Positions 9,818-21,099 of a DNA stretch of 64,000 nt are shown piece by piece. How positions within the stretch are numbered: the stretch's first letter is position 1; every line of letters begins with the position of its first letter. The stretch spans positions 1,223,436-1,287,435 of the forward strand of contig CP064960.1 of assembly GCA_016699105.1 (NCBI GenBank), written 5' to 3'. The stretch comes from a bacterium (GTDB lineage: Bacteria > Patescibacteriota > Saccharimonadia > UBA4664). The position numbers and the translations under genes are program-made. The notes under the pieces are model-generated. The model searched no databases, was not told the DNA's origin, and saw only the letters and a list, made by a program, of their open reading frames with translations.

Positions 9818-10952
9818 GGTGACGAGAGTGATTCCAGATATACTTTACAGACAGGTAATAATTGGCAATAAAAGCCGTCACGATACCGATTAACTGAGCT
9901 AATACGAAGTGGAGACCGCTCCAAGTGAGGAGACTATACGTGCCGAGCATAAGCGTTTGCGACAGCAGTACGGCGCCTTCGTACTTGAAAAACCGAAAGA
10001 TGACATTGTGCCGTTTTGGCCGGTTGGATGCGGCTGTTTCCCGAAAGGTAAAATAACTATGTAGCAGAAAGTTCCAGATCACACTGATTTGGATAGCCAT
10101 AAACGAGATATACGGCAAGGTACTGCCAGTCAGATGCTGAAAATACCACAGGGCAGCCAAATTGACGGCAGTACCACTGGCACCAACTGCCATAAACCGC
10201 ATTGCTTGTTTGGCCGGTGAATCGGAGTTAAGGTGGTAGGCAATTTTCAAAAATTCCACGATATCAGACAACCGAGCCTTCGAACGTCCACTGGCGCGGC
10301 TACGAAAGGTAATCGGCACTTCGGTCACGTGGTACAGGCCATCCGTAAAAGCATTCGCCAGAAATATTTGGATACCATACCCGTTTGCCTGGACATCGTT
10401 GTAAGGTATTTCGACCAGAACCTGGCGCCGCATGGCTCGAAAATTGGTCGTTAACTCGTGTAAATCTGAACTGACACCACCGAGCCAATGTGCTAGGGCT
10501 GTGGCTAGGCGCGTTCGAACTATGAGGTGAAGTGGCCAATTCCCTGGGATCATTCCGCCTTCGATATATCGCGACCCGATGGCTACGTCGGCACCAGCTG
10601 ATATGGCGTCCATGAGAGCGGGAATATCTTGAGGACTATGTGAAAAATCGGCATCCATGGTGAGAATGACATCATGATCGTAGGTCAAAGCGGCGTCGAA
10701 CGCTCGCTGCAACGCCCGGCCGAGTCCATCTTTTTGACCGGTATGTAAGAAAACACGGCCCACATATAGACTGTCTGCCAGGCGTTTGACCACGCGGGCA
10801 GTACCATCAGGAGATGTGTCGTCCATGACCAATACGTCGATCTGCCAGTCAGTGAGCTGATCGCTGACAGCAAATATCTCGGCAAGGAGCGGTTCGACAT
10901 TCCTGGCTTCGTTGTAGGTAGGAAGGATTACGAGGGCTTTGGAATGAGGCAT
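9807..10952 (-). CDS. polyprenol-phosphate sugar synthase (GT2, DPM1/GtrB-like) fused to C-terminal GtrA-like membrane domain
   Basis: ILPTYNE, DDTSPDGT, DAD motifs of Dpm1/GtrB-type GT2. C-terminal 4-TM GtrA-like domain. Confidence 0.75.
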   Translation of the reverse strand: MPHSKALVILPTYNEARNVEPLLAEIFAVSDQLTDWQIDVLVMDDTSPDGTARVVKRLADSLYVGRVFLHTGQKDGLGRALQRAFDAALTYDHDVILTMDADFSHSPQDIPALMDAISAGADVAIGSRYIEGGMIPGNWPLHLIVRTRLATALAHWLGGVSSDLHELTTNFRAMRRQVLVEIPYNDVQANGYGIQIFLANAFTDGLYHVTEVPITFRSRASGRSKARLSDIVEFLKIAYHLNSDSPAKQAMRFMAVGASGTAVNLAALWYFQHLTGSTLPYISFMAIQISVIWNFLLHSYFTFRETAASNRPKRHNVIFRFFKYEGAVLLSQTLMLGTYSLLTWSGLHFVLAQLIGIVTAFIANYYLSVKYIWNHSRHHAK

Positions 10953-11010
10953 AGGGTACCGACTGTATTTACACTGCCAGATGTACCCAAGATATGCAAC
11001 CCGCTAGGCT

Positions 11011-11694
11011 CTAAAAAATTGTTAGAGAGGCGTGGCGCAGTAACCACCAGCCAAAGATGCCGCCTAAGATGCAACCAGTCACTAACTGGGCCGTGAGGAT
11101 AAGCCACCAATCGCGACGCGGCCATTGGCGGTTTTGCCAAGAAAAATCGAGTAGTACTAATCGAAAATCGGGGTCGGTGATTGAGGTAATTCCAAAAACC
11201 AGTCCGAAACCGGCGCCTCCAAGAATCGACATAATTATCAATCGGGCAGCGAATGTATCAAGCATGCCGCCAAACAACCACGTCAGGGCTGCGAAGCCGG
11301 CGCCAGCTACCAGAGACCACCGGATGACTTCCAGGCCGGAGTGGCGGGCGTAGGCCACTCTGAGGCGGCGCAGTTCTTGGCGAGCAGCGTTGATTTGGGC
11401 TTCTGACTGGACCTGCGGAGAAGTAGCAGCTGAAGCTGCCGATTGCACCGGCGGTGGCGCGTAATGTTGGGTGCGCTCCTGGTCAAATATAGCCCGCTTG
11501 TCGGCATCCCCAAGTACTCCATAGGCGTCGTTGAGTCGGTCCATGGCGTCGGCACTACCACCAGCGTCAGGATGGGCTTTTTTAGCCGCTTGACGGTAGG
11601 CTTGCTTGATAACAGCGACAGTCGCAGTCGGGGTGACTCCAAGTACCTGATAATAGTCGATAAAGGATTCGCTTGGTTGATAAGCTGATGCCAT
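11011..11694 (-). CDS. J-domain (DnaJ-like) membrane protein
   Basis: N-terminal J domain DYYQVLGV...HPD. C-terminal TM helices. Confidence 0.7.
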   Translation of the reverse strand: MASAYQPSESFIDYYQVLGVTPTATVAVIKQAYRQAAKKAHPDAGGSADAMDRLNDAYGVLGDADKRAIFDQERTQHYAPPPVQSAASAATSPQVQSEAQINAARQELRRLRVAYARHSGLEVIRWSLVAGAGFAALTWLFGGMLDTFAARLIIMSILGGAGFGLVFGITSITDPDFRLVLLDFSWQNRQWPRRDWWLILTAQLVTGCILGGIFGWWLLRHASLTIF

Positions 11695-11724
11695 TATTTA
11701 GCATTATAACCGTTTTGGTTAAAG

Positions 11725-14684
11725 TTAGGCTTTAACCACAAAGTTAACGATTTTGTGTGGCACTAATATCGTCTTAACTATCGTTTTACCCTCTAGATGC
11801 GGCACTACCTTAGGATCGACCAGAGCGGCGGCTTTGACTTCTTCGTCGGTCGCGTCGGCGGCTACAACCAGTTCACCGCGCAATTTGCCGTTGACCTGAA
11901 GGATGATGGTTACAATGTCGTCTTTGATGAGTTCGGGATCGTACTTCGGCCAAGGCGCTTGATGGACGCTCCCCTCTTGATGCAAGTTTTGGTGCCAGAC
12001 TTCTTCGGCCAAGTGGGGCACAAAGGGAGCCAACATGAGTACCAAAGTGCGGACAGTTCGCTCGCGCAAATCGTGGGCGTTAGCTTGGCGCAGTTTTTGC
12101 TTAACTTCGGTAGTGGTTAGATAATTGACCAACTCCATCATGGCTGACACACCAGTATTGAAATGCATATCCTCGATGTCGTGGTGCACTTTTTTGAGCG
12201 TCTTATGGACGATGCGGTCGGTGGCCACTGTAAATGCGCCTAAGTCGTTTTCATAGCCGACTGAACCTGACAGTGTTTCGACACCGTCAGTAAGGTCGTC
12301 AAGCCAGGTCCAGACCCGATAGACGAAGCGGGAGACGCCGTTGAGATGATCTTCTGACCAAGCTTTAACTTCGTCGAACGGACCCATAAACATTTCGTAT
12401 AAGCGGATGGTATCAGCACCATACTCGGCGATGACGCTGTCGGGGTTGATAACGTTGCCTTTAGATTTGCTCATTTTTGACCGTCGGGTCCCAGGATCAT
12501 GCCATGGGAGCGACGACGCGCATAGGGTTCACTGGTGGGTACGAGGCCTTCGTCATATAGGAATTTGTGCCAAAAGCGACTGTAGAGCAAATGGAGGGTA
12601 GTGTGCTCCATGCCACCGTTGTAGAGGTCGACAGGGGTCCAGTATTTGAGGTTGGCGGCTGATGCAAATTCGTTGTTATTGTGTGGGTCGGCGTAGCGCA
12701 GGAAGTACCAACTGGATCCGGCCCAATTGGGCATGGTGTCGGTTTCGCGCTGCGCGGGTCCCCCACACTTGGGACATTCGGTATTGACCCAGTCGGTGAT
12801 GGCCGCCAGGGGAGACTTCCCGGTATCAGTGGGCTCATAGTGATCCACTTTGGGTAGTTCGATGGGTAGTTGGTCAACCGGCACGGGCACCACACCATCT
12901 TTGGCGCAATGAACTACCGGAATCGGCTCGCCCCAATAATGTTGGCGACTAAAGATCCAGTCGCGCAGGCGGTACTTGGTGGCACCTTTGCCGGCGCCCT
13001 TATCAAACAGAGCTTTGACGATAGCGCGCTTGGCCTCGACGCCGGACAGACCGTTGAACTGGGTGGAGTTGATGAGCGGCCCATTGGCAGCAAAGCTTGT
13101 GCCTTGTGTAAAAAAGCGAAGCCACAATGCGTGCATTTCGTCTTGTACGTTGGTTAATGCTTCGGTGACAGGCAACCAGACCGGCTCGACGTTGTTGTGC
13201 TTTTCGCTACTCGTCAGCTTTAGTTCATTCCTATTATCGCTCTTCAATCTGAATAGGAAACCGGTAGTGACCGCTAACCGGTTGATCTTTTTTTCGGCAG
13301 AGAAATAATGATGATGAATCCGAAATGGAGCTTGTTCGACCAGTTCAAAGTCGGTATACCCGGTTTCTTCATTGACTTCGCGCCTGGCTGTGTCTAATGG
13401 CTGCTCACCCTGGTCTATGCCTCCACCAACCAGCAGATGTCCGCCCCAATTATCATGGCGGCCGTAGTGATCCATACTCAGAACCTTTTTACCTGATTGA
13501 TCGAGCAGCACAGCCACAATACTAGGGCGCTCCTCGGGTGCTTCAGGGCCATTGCCAGTATAAGGTTCAACCACATATGTGATGGGCAGATTAAAGGCTT
13601 TGGCAAATTCATAGTCGCGCTCGTCGTGGGCAGGTACGGCCATGATGGCGCCGGTGCCATATGAACCGAGTACGTAATCGGCGACCCACACTGGGATTTT
13701 CTCGCCAGTAAGCGGATGGATTGCCTTAATGCCGGTGTCGACGCCAGTTTTGACTTTGGATTCTTCTTGGCGCGATAGTTCGGAGGCCTTGAGGGCGGCG
13801 TCGATATAATCGGCGGCCTCTTGGTTGGCTTTCCAGCCGTTATCTTGCCAGGTTTTGGCGACTTCAGGCGAGACCACCAGGAAGGTGGCGCCAAAGAGTG
13901 TGTCGGGGCGGGTGGTGTAGACGGTGACTGTTGGTGTTGATTGTTCTTTAAGATTGAGACCTGCTAATTCCCAAGTAATTTCGGCACCTTCGGAACGGCC
14001 GATCCAATTGATCTGCTGGGTGGCGATGCGGTCGAGATAATCGACGGTCTTGAGATCTTCGGCCAGACGATCGGCGTAGGCGGTGATTTTGAGCATCCAC
14101 TGGGTGAGCATTTTCTTTTCGACTGGTGTGCCACAGCGCTCATGCTTACCGCCTTCGACTTCTTCGTTGGCAAGGCCGGTTTTACAAAATGGGCACCAGT
14201 TGATGGGCAGTTCTGCCTGATAGGCGAGGCCTTTTTCGAGGAGCTTCAAAAAAATCCATTGGGTCCATCTGTAATAGTTGGGATCTGACGTGCGGACTTC
14301 ACGGTCCCAATCGAAACTCAAACCCAAGGCGCGCATTTGGAGACGGAAGTTGGCGACGTTGCGCTCGGTTGCTACTTGGGGGGCAATCTTGTTTTTGATG
14401 GCGTAGTTTTCGGTTGGTAAGCCAAACTCGTCAAAACCCATGGGGTAGAGCACGTTGTATCCCTGCATACGCTTATGGCGAGCCATGATATCTAAGGCGG
14501 TATAACTCAGTACGTGGCCGACGTGCAGACCGTCGCCGCTGGGATACGGGAATTCAACGAGATAAAAATACTTCGGCCGGGTGTGGTCATCATCGCGAGC
14601 GGCATACAGCTTGGTGTCGGCCCAGACGCCCTGCCATTTGGATTCGATTGCTTTGGGATCGTATTTGTTCATAGTTGGCCTCAA
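11725..14684 (-). CDS. leuS: leucyl-tRNA synthetase (single gene split by 1-nt homopolymer frameshift at 12474-12478; carries an inserted NUDIX domain)
   Basis: HVGH (HIGH) motif, editing-domain TTRPDT, C-terminal fragment begins inside KMSKS (..GQK|MSKSKGN). Adding one A to the A5 run restores GQKMSKS. ~135-aa insert with Nudix box [24 protein letters not shown]. Confidence 0.9.
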
Positions 14685-14778
14685 TTATAGCGCGGGATCA
14701 GATAGACGGCTAGAGTATTTGACTTACATATGCTTAAATGATAGCTCCGATTGCACTGTACCTTGAGAGGACGGCATC

Positions 14779-14937
14779 ATGGATATCGATGACTTTCTGA
14801 TCGGATTATTCGGATTGATGATGATTTTTCTCGGACCTCTTCTGTTTGCCGTGGGATTATTTATTGGCGGAAGGGGTTTGGTAATAACTTTCATCGGCCT
14901 GCTTTGGTGGCTATGGTCATGGGGACAGCTGGACTAG
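14779..14937 (+). CDS. small hydrophobic membrane protein (52 aa)
   Basis: Unlisted ORF MDIDDFLIGLFGLMMIFLGPLLFAVGLFIGG...; two predicted TM helices. Speculative. Confidence 0.2.
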   Translation: MDIDDFLIGLFGLMMIFLGPLLFAVGLFIGGRGLVITFIGLLWWLWSWGQLD

Positions 14938-15266
14938 CGATTGTGCTTATTGGGCTCAGGCATAGCGAGACTGTCGGCCGTCGCGCCAATAACAGCTATT
15001 AACCAATCCCGGTCTTCCCACATGTCTGGAGGAACCCGCAAGTAGGGCTTTGATCCGGGATATGCTTGGCCGTCGAATGACTCATCGAGATACTGTCGGC
15101 TAACTGGCGTGATTTTAATGAACAGCGTGTCGTCACAAATGAAGGCTGTCGGTTTGCTATCAACGTATAGGCAATACTCTCCAAACATCCGGCGAGTACT
15201 TAGACGATCCGACATCACTGCAAGCTGCTCTACGAGAAAATCGATCGTGTCTTGAGATGTTGCCAT
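14934..15266 (-). CDS. TfoX/Sxy N-terminal domain protein
   Basis: MFGEYCLYVDSKPTAFICDDTLFIK matches TfoX_N consensus (MFGgyglY..gk.FalvcddqLylK). Confidence 0.5.
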   Translation of the reverse strand: MATSQDTIDFLVEQLAVMSDRLSTRRMFGEYCLYVDSKPTAFICDDTLFIKITPVSRQYLDESFDGQAYPGSKPYLRVPPDMWEDRDWLIAVIGATADSLAMPEPNKHNR

Positions 15267-15321
15267 GTAGCTAGTATACCAACGGCATCCGAGATCCTAT
15301 ATACCGAGAGGAAGTGGAACC

Positions 15322-15510
15322 ATGCGAGGATGGAGGCCGGAACATGCACCCACCAACGAAGAGTATGGACTGGCAAGCCTACCCAAGGATGAGGGTAATG
15401 AGGTACTAGGGGAGGTGAGAGAGGCGCTCGATACGGGAGACCTGGGTGCAGCTGAAGATGTGATGGCTCACCTGAGGTATCTTGGCCGGAGAGCCAAGAA
15501 AAAGAAGTAG
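15322..15510 (+). CDS. hypothetical small acidic protein with Lys-rich tail
   Basis: 62-aa ORF followed by a terminator hairpin; no recognisable domain. Confidence 0.25.
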   Translation: MRGWRPEHAPTNEEYGLASLPKDEGNEVLGEVREALDTGDLGAAEDVMAHLRYLGRRAKKKK

Positions 15511-15527
15511 GATATGTAACGCAACGT

Positions 15528-15567
15528 CCGTTTCCCGGTCTATTCGACTGGGAAACGGGCACTTTTA
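15528..15567 (+). terminator. rho-independent terminator (9-bp GC stem CCGTTTCCC/GGGAAACGG plus T-run)
   Basis: Perfect inverted repeat followed by CACTTTTAT. Confidence 0.5.
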
Positions 15568-15570
15568 TAC

Positions 15571-16344
15571 CTAAATCTCGCCGCGTAAATAGCGTTGACG
15601 TTCGGTAGCGTCAAAGCGCTCGATGGCGTAGCGGAGCATGGTGCGCGGCATGCGATGATAGTTGGCATTTAGGAATTGACGTAGGACCGATATATCGCGT
15701 TTACCGATTTCACGAAGCATCCATCCAACGGCTTTATGAATGAGATCATGTGGGTCTTGCATCAATTGCTCGGCCAGCCGTAACGATAAGTCAAACTGAC
15801 CGGCTTTGATGTAATAAAAAGTGGCGAGGACGGCGATGCGGCGTTCCCAGATGAGCTTGGAGGCTGCTAATTTTTCAAGTGCCGGGCGACCATCAGTTTG
15901 GGAGTCTAACCATGGCCCCACAATGTAAGGTGCTGAGGAATCAACGAGGTCCCAATTATTGATGTGCTCCGTGTGTCCCAGATAGATTTTATAAATGGCT
16001 TTGCGGGTTTCCGGAGTGCCGTTTTCATATTGATACACCAGTAACAACAGTGCCGTTAATCGCTCTTCATGAATTTTGCTGACTAATAATTTCTTGATTT
16101 CTGGTAACGAAATATGGCGGAATTTCTGGACGATTGAGCGTTGCAATGGGACGGTGACGCCAATGAAACGATCACCATCGGCATATTGCCCGGGTCCGGT
16201 CTTGAAGTAGCGTTGTGACAGTGCAGCCCGCACCGGGTCGGCAAATCGTTTGAGTGATTGCTGGACTGATTTGGCGGTTTGGAGTGGTAATAGGTTCACG
16301 CTTGCCAGCATAGCAGATTTAGCCGGTGTGACCGAGACCACCAC
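15571..16344 (-). CDS. DNA alkylation repair protein (AlkD/AlkC-like HEAT-repeat glycosylase family)
   Basis: Family-typical NNWDLVD and WMLREIG blocks; ~257 aa. Confidence 0.6.
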   Translation of the reverse strand: MVVSVTPAKSAMLASVNLLPLQTAKSVQQSLKRFADPVRAALSQRYFKTGPGQYADGDRFIGVTVPLQRSIVQKFRHISLPEIKKLLVSKIHEERLTALLLLVYQYENGTPETRKAIYKIYLGHTEHINNWDLVDSSAPYIVGPWLDSQTDGRPALEKLAASKLIWERRIAVLATFYYIKAGQFDLSLRLAEQLMQDPHDLIHKAVGWMLREIGKRDISVLRQFLNANYHRMPRTMLRYAIERFDATERQRYLRGEI

Positions 16345-16753
16345 TGCCTCTGGAAGTTGAGTCTAAGCTGTCGACTGCTGTAATGTCGGCTACGACGTAT
16401 GTGGCCAGGACGGCTTGGGCGATACGGTCACCGTCTTGGACTGTGTAGTCTTGGCTCGACAAGTTGACCAATATAACCATGAGCTCACCGCGGTAATCGG
16501 CATCAATCGTGCCCGGAGCATTGAGCACCGTAATGCCATGTTTAGCCGCCAAGCCACTGCGAGGGCGAATCTGGAGTTCGTGGCCGGAGGGAATAGCACT
16601 GTAGAGACCGGTGGGTACGATAGCTCGCTCGAGCGGCGCCAATTTAACTGCCTCGTCGATATTGGCTGTCAAATCAAAACCGGCGGCACCAGCAGTTTGA
16701 TAGGCGGGTAACGGATGGCGGCTGCGATTGATGAGTGGGAGTTGTATAGACAT
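16319..16753 (-). CDS. dut: dUTP diphosphatase
   Basis: dUTPase motifs [20 protein letters not shown]. Real start MSIQLPL at 16753 overlaps the murF stop (TAATG). Confidence 0.85.
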   Translation of the reverse strand: MSIQLPLINRSRHPLPAYQTAGAAGFDLTANIDEAVKLAPLERAIVPTGLYSAIPSGHELQIRPRSGLAAKHGITVLNAPGTIDADYRGELMVILVNLSSQDYTVQDGDRIAQAVLATYVVADITAVDSLDSTSRGSGGLGHTG

Positions 16754-18051
16754 TATTTGGCGTTGAATTGTTGTCTTTTGAGGCGCAGCCAGGCTGATGA
16801 CTGGCGGACGAGCTGGGTGGCGTCTGCGGTATCGGCCAGGAGCAGCTTGGTACACTCTTCGGCGAAAACACCGTTTTGAGAACCTTTGATCAGCACGATA
16901 TCGCCGTCGTGGATCATCGATTTGAGAAAGGCTCCCGCAGCATATGGCGAGTCGGCTGGTTTGTAGCGGGTGGGGTCGAGACCGGCTCCCACGGCGGCAG
17001 GTCCGAGCCAACGATTGGCATCGGTGCCGATAGTCACCAGGAAATCAACTGCAGCAGCGAGCTGGCCGGCTGATTCGTGATAACTCTGGCTGGTGGCGCC
17101 TAATTCGTTCATGGAGCCCAAAACAGCAATACGACGACCGCCCTCAGCAATATCCATCGATTTGAGAAGTTCAAGCGCTTCGGCAACGGCTTGCGGACTG
17201 GAATTGTAGGTGTCGTCGATGAGTAAGCTATTGTTGGTGCCGGGTAACGGATTGAGACGACCTGCCACTGGCTTGATGTCAGATATTCCTTTGGTTAATT
17301 GATGGACAGTCAATCCGAGAGCGTCGCCAACCGCCCAGGCTGCAACCAATGATTGCGCGGCTGTTGACCCAAGCAATGCTACCGGCTGATCACGTAGCAC
17401 GACGTGGCCGTGTTGCTTGATCGTAAGTTCCGAACCAGCGGTTTTGACAGTCGAGCGGAAGCTGTAACCGCGCTCGATATCTTGACCATAATACAGATGG
17501 TGGGCTAAGCCATTGATGTATTGACGGCGGTATTTGTCGGGGATTTCGTCGTGAGCGGCTATGAGGGTACCGCAATGAGCCGAAATGGATAATTCTTCGG
17601 CAGCCACCTGATCGAGTCCGTCAGGGAAATTGGCCATATGCTCGGGTGCAATGGCCGTAACTACACCAATATCGGGTGTCAGATAGTTCCAAAAGATGGC
17701 TAAATCACCGGAACGGTCGGTGCCCAATTCGAGAACCAATACATCATATTGATAATGGCGCGACCGCCACCAGGCTTGGATCATTTTGCCGAGCCAGGCG
17801 AATGGGTTGTAGAGCGACTGCGGCACCGACTGCTCAAAGACTGATAGCGGCAGACCAACTTCGGAATTGTAATTGCCCTGATGTACTAGTACCCGGTATT
17901 TTTGGCCAAGCACGGTGGCAATAGCCATTTTGGTCGATGTTTTACCCACCGAGCCCACGACAGCCACGACCTTGAGGTTATAGCGCTTGATCGTGCGAGC
18001 AGTAAGGTGTTCGAAATAACTGGCGATAAACCGCCGAAACTGAGCTTTCAT
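16753..18051 (-). CDS. murF: UDP-N-acetylmuramoyl-tripeptide--D-alanyl-D-alanine ligase
   Basis: Mur ligase P-loop [11 protein letters not shown] and Mur ligase middle/C-terminal domains. Confidence 0.85.
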   Translation of the reverse strand: MKAQFRRFIASYFEHLTARTIKRYNLKVVAVVGSVGKTSTKMAIATVLGQKYRVLVHQGNYNSEVGLPLSVFEQSVPQSLYNPFAWLGKMIQAWWRSRHYQYDVLVLELGTDRSGDLAIFWNYLTPDIGVVTAIAPEHMANFPDGLDQVAAEELSISAHCGTLIAAHDEIPDKYRRQYINGLAHHLYYGQDIERGYSFRSTVKTAGSELTIKQHGHVVLRDQPVALLGSTAAQSLVAAWAVGDALGLTVHQLTKGISDIKPVAGRLNPLPGTNNSLLIDDTYNSSPQAVAEALELLKSMDIAEGGRRIAVLGSMNELGATSQSYHESAGQLAAAVDFLVTIGTDANRWLGPAAVGAGLDPTRYKPADSPYAAGAFLKSMIHDGDIVLIKGSQNGVFAEECTKLLLADTADATQLVRQSSAWLRLKRQQFNAK

Positions 18052-18065
18052 AGCCTCATTGTAGT

Positions 18066-19401
18066 ATGATGAAGGGCGAAACAGGAAATGTTATAACCAT
18101 GAGTTCTCAACTGGTTCGGATCCGTGGCGGCAAACCGTTGTCTGGAACCGTCAAAGTGGCTGGTGCTAAAAACGCCGCCTCCAAGATGATGATTGCCAGC
18201 CTCTTAACGGCCGAGGAAGTGGTACTCGAAAACTGCCCTGATATCGAAGAAATATCGATTACAACCGAGATTTGTGCAGCTGTTGGTGCCCACGTATCAA
18301 GAGATGGCACCAAGGTGCGATTAACGACCCCCACATTACTTCGACGCGCGTCAGTAAGCTGAGCCGGACGAACCGGATTTCGATCCTGGCCCTTGGTCCG
18401 CTGCTCCAGCGGCATGGTGAAGCCGAAGTACCACGAGTTGGTGGCGATGCCATCGGGCCACGTCCCGTTGATTTTCATATCCAAGCTTTAGAACAAATGG
18501 GCGCTAAGATTGTTGAACGTGACCATAGTTATGAGGCCACAGCGCCACACGGATTGCACGGTGCGCTCATTGCGCTGGCTTACCCCTCGGTTGGTGCTAC
18601 CGAAAACATCATTTTGCCGCCGTTATGGCCAAAGGCCGCACCCGCATCGAAAACGCCGCCACCGAGCCAGAGATCCAAGATATCGTCAAAATGCTCCAGC
18701 AAATGGGTGCCATTATTGAATTTGGCGCCAATCGGGTGATTACTATCGATGGTGTCGAGCGGCTGGGTGGAGTTCATTACCGCGTGATGCCTGACCGCAT
18801 GGAAGCCGCCTCGTGGGCCAATATGGCTTTGGCGACAAATGGTGAGATCAGGGTACAAGATGCCCGCCAACAAGATATGGGTACGTTTTTGAACACCGTG
18901 CGGCGGCTCGGTGGTGACTTTACGGCCGATGATGACGGCATCACGTTTCGACGGGGTGTGGCCGGTCTCAAAGGCATCGAGCTTGAAACTGATACCTACC
19001 CGGGGTTTATGACAGATTGGCAGCAACCGACGGTGGTGACTCTCACGCAAGCCAAAGGTATGTCGGTGGTGCACGAATCAGTCTACGAAGATCGTTTTGG
19101 ATATTGTGCCGACCTCAACCGTATGGGTGCCGACATTGGTGTCTTTAGTAAATGTCTCGGTGAGATTAACTGTCGCTGGCGTAATCGTAGTTTGCGACAC
19201 TCGGCCGTTATCAAAGGCCCGACCCCGCTGGAAGCCACTAAGATAGAAGTCCCGGACATACGGGCTGGAATGGCTCAAGTGATAGCGGCCTGTGTGGCCA
19301 ATGGCGAGAGTGTGCTGACGGGCGTCCATCATCTGGAACGTGGCTACGAAGGCTTGTGGCAAAAGCTGCGGGCGCTGGGTGCTGATTTTACGCTGGAATA
19401 G
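18066..19401 (+). CDS. murA: UDP-N-acetylglucosamine 1-carboxyvinyltransferase (split by two 1-nt frameshifts at ~18340-18360 and ~18625)
   Basis: Three consecutive frames cover full MurA (VAGAKNAASKMMIASLL.., RISILALGPLL.., GGDAIGPRPVDFHI, ..ENAATEPEIQDIV..). Second junction repaired by GG->GGG giving NIILAAVMAKGRT. Active-site residue is Asp (GGDAIG) not Cys. Confidence 0.85.
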
Positions 19402-19623
19402 ATGAGACAATGGCAGCTCTTTGCGCCGGAGCAGCAAATTGTTGTGAACTGACTCATGTGTCCCGGACTGCCCACTCCGCGAGCGGATGGTTCAGGACAT
19501 TCTATAATACATTCTGATAAATTGACTAAACTACATTAATATGTTATCCTATTTTTTGGACTGCGCCACCCTCGTGGTGAGCTCAGATTAGTACTTATCA
19601 CAAACTCTCCACACCTGAATGGG

Positions 19624-20999
19624 GTGACGGACGTGCCGGAAAAAACTCGTGTACTGCCTCGTCCGACCTGGACGATCTCAGAAAATAACCTGTTGCCGAA
19701 GTATGTCGAGATGAAGCGCAGGCAACTGCGTGAGCATTCTGATGCTCGACTCGTAGAGCTCGAACAAAACATTACCTGTTTGAACGACTCGATTGCGCAC
19801 TATCGCAAGGCACTCGTAAAAAGCAACAGCAAATCGCTGAGCGAGAGACTGAAATTCGCCAACTGCAGAGCCTGCCGACTGACCTCACCGACGAGGAAAT
19901 CCGCGAGCTGTTCGCCGAGTTTTGTACTTCTCCCGAAGTACTTGGCTCGCGCATCGGCATGGCTGGTGAGCTGATTCTGTTGGTTCGGCCGGTCATACCA
20001 GGTTACGAAGAGTTCGACTGGGGTACCTATGAGGTCGGTTTTGACAGTTACTCGAGCGGTACGTTTGTCGAATCCAGTCTTAACTACCATCTCTTGACTG
20101 GTGTATTGACTCGTCGGCTTGACTCAGCAAGGCTTGAGATCACGTACGAAAACCTCGGATACCGTGGTTTTAAAAGGCTTGACATTGGTTCCAGCTAATG
20201 ATCTGCTAAAGTACAATCTCAAATCACTGCTGGTCTGGCTGAGAAACACGCTCGCGGAAGCCGTGTACTACCCTCGTGATTACCTGCGCTTAGCCACAAA
20301 CCGGCCAGAGCTAGTTTGGTCGGGGCATCTTGCAGATCCTGTACCGGCACTCCGCCAGTTGAAAAATCTGGTCGGCGTCGGCAGTATCGGCGACGTGATC
20401 GATGATCTAAATAGGGTCAACAGGTTAGCCAAAGCAAATGCTGGCGAATATCGAGATGCCATCCGGAGGATGCAAGTTGAACTACGTGAAGCGGAAGCAT
20501 CACTAGGCGCGGCCCGCAGGATTCTGACGAACCAAGTGGAAGTGGATGTCGAGGAAGCTCGTCAGGAGCTCGCCATCATCACGGCTATGCCAGGTGTGAT
20601 TGCGGTGCACTTCGTAGACGGCTACCTTGAACTTCACGTGCGCAACTCTGCTGTGTACAGGGAACGCGGTACGACTTGGGTGACTTCACCGTGAGCGCTA
20701 AGCCGCACTACAAGTCAATCCTGACAATCGAACGTAGTCGTGAACCGTTAGGCGGCCACTACAACGCTGGCTGGCACGACACGTGGTTCTGCTTCGGCAA
20801 CCAGGCCACGTTCATCAGAGAGTCTCTGGAGCGAGGGGATCTCGTCCATGCCTTCAACGTGGCGCTCGGCGCCATGAACACGGTTTCGGAATATGATTTT
20901 GAAGCACTGGAAGCTGGCAGGCTATTGGCGCGAATCCCTGATGACGACGTTTGGACCCGTAAGGTCAGGCAGCGTCGTCGACGCAAGACTCGCAGGTGA
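19624..20999 (+). CDS. hypothetical ~458-aa protein with coiled-coil N-terminal half and C-terminal E2/UBC-like HxN...C motif (three homopolymer frameshifts)
   Basis: Four consecutive ORFs in alternating frames. Single-nt corrections at A5 (19817-21), ~20170-78 and GGG (~20676-80) give one continuous sensible protein. C-terminus has GGHYNAGWHDTWFCFGN (cf. UBC HPN-x8-C). GTG start; putative -35/-10 upstream. Confidence 0.4.
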
Positions 21000-21014
21000 G
21001 AGTACAATTGCTAC

Positions 21015-21070
21015 CGGCCCGTACAGATAACTCGTTATGAGTATTTGTACGGGCCGTCTCCATTTATAAT
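21015..21070 (+). terminator. GC-rich hairpin (11-bp stem CGGCCCGTACA/TGTACGGGCCG) followed by TCTCCATTTATAAT
   Basis: Immediately downstream of the 19624-20999 gene. Same 14-nt tail recurs after a second hairpin at 21743. Confidence 0.4.
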
Positions 21071-21099
21071 GATGTTCATACAATATTAACTAAAAAGAG

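Noticed and set aside
10928-11140. 70-aa ORF between the GT2-GtrA gene and the J-domain gene
   Set aside because: Overlaps the 3' end of the J-domain protein gene in another frame; no support.
11725-12474. Separate leuS C-terminal fragment as an independent gene or pseudogene
   Set aside because: - The 5-nt A run at the junction sits exactly inside KMSKS.
- One extra A restores the universal motif, so this is treated as one gene with an assembly error rather than a split or decayed gene.
18580-19074. 164-aa minus-strand ORF inside murA
   Set aside because: Antisense to a well-supported murA reading frame; His/Arg-rich junk translation.
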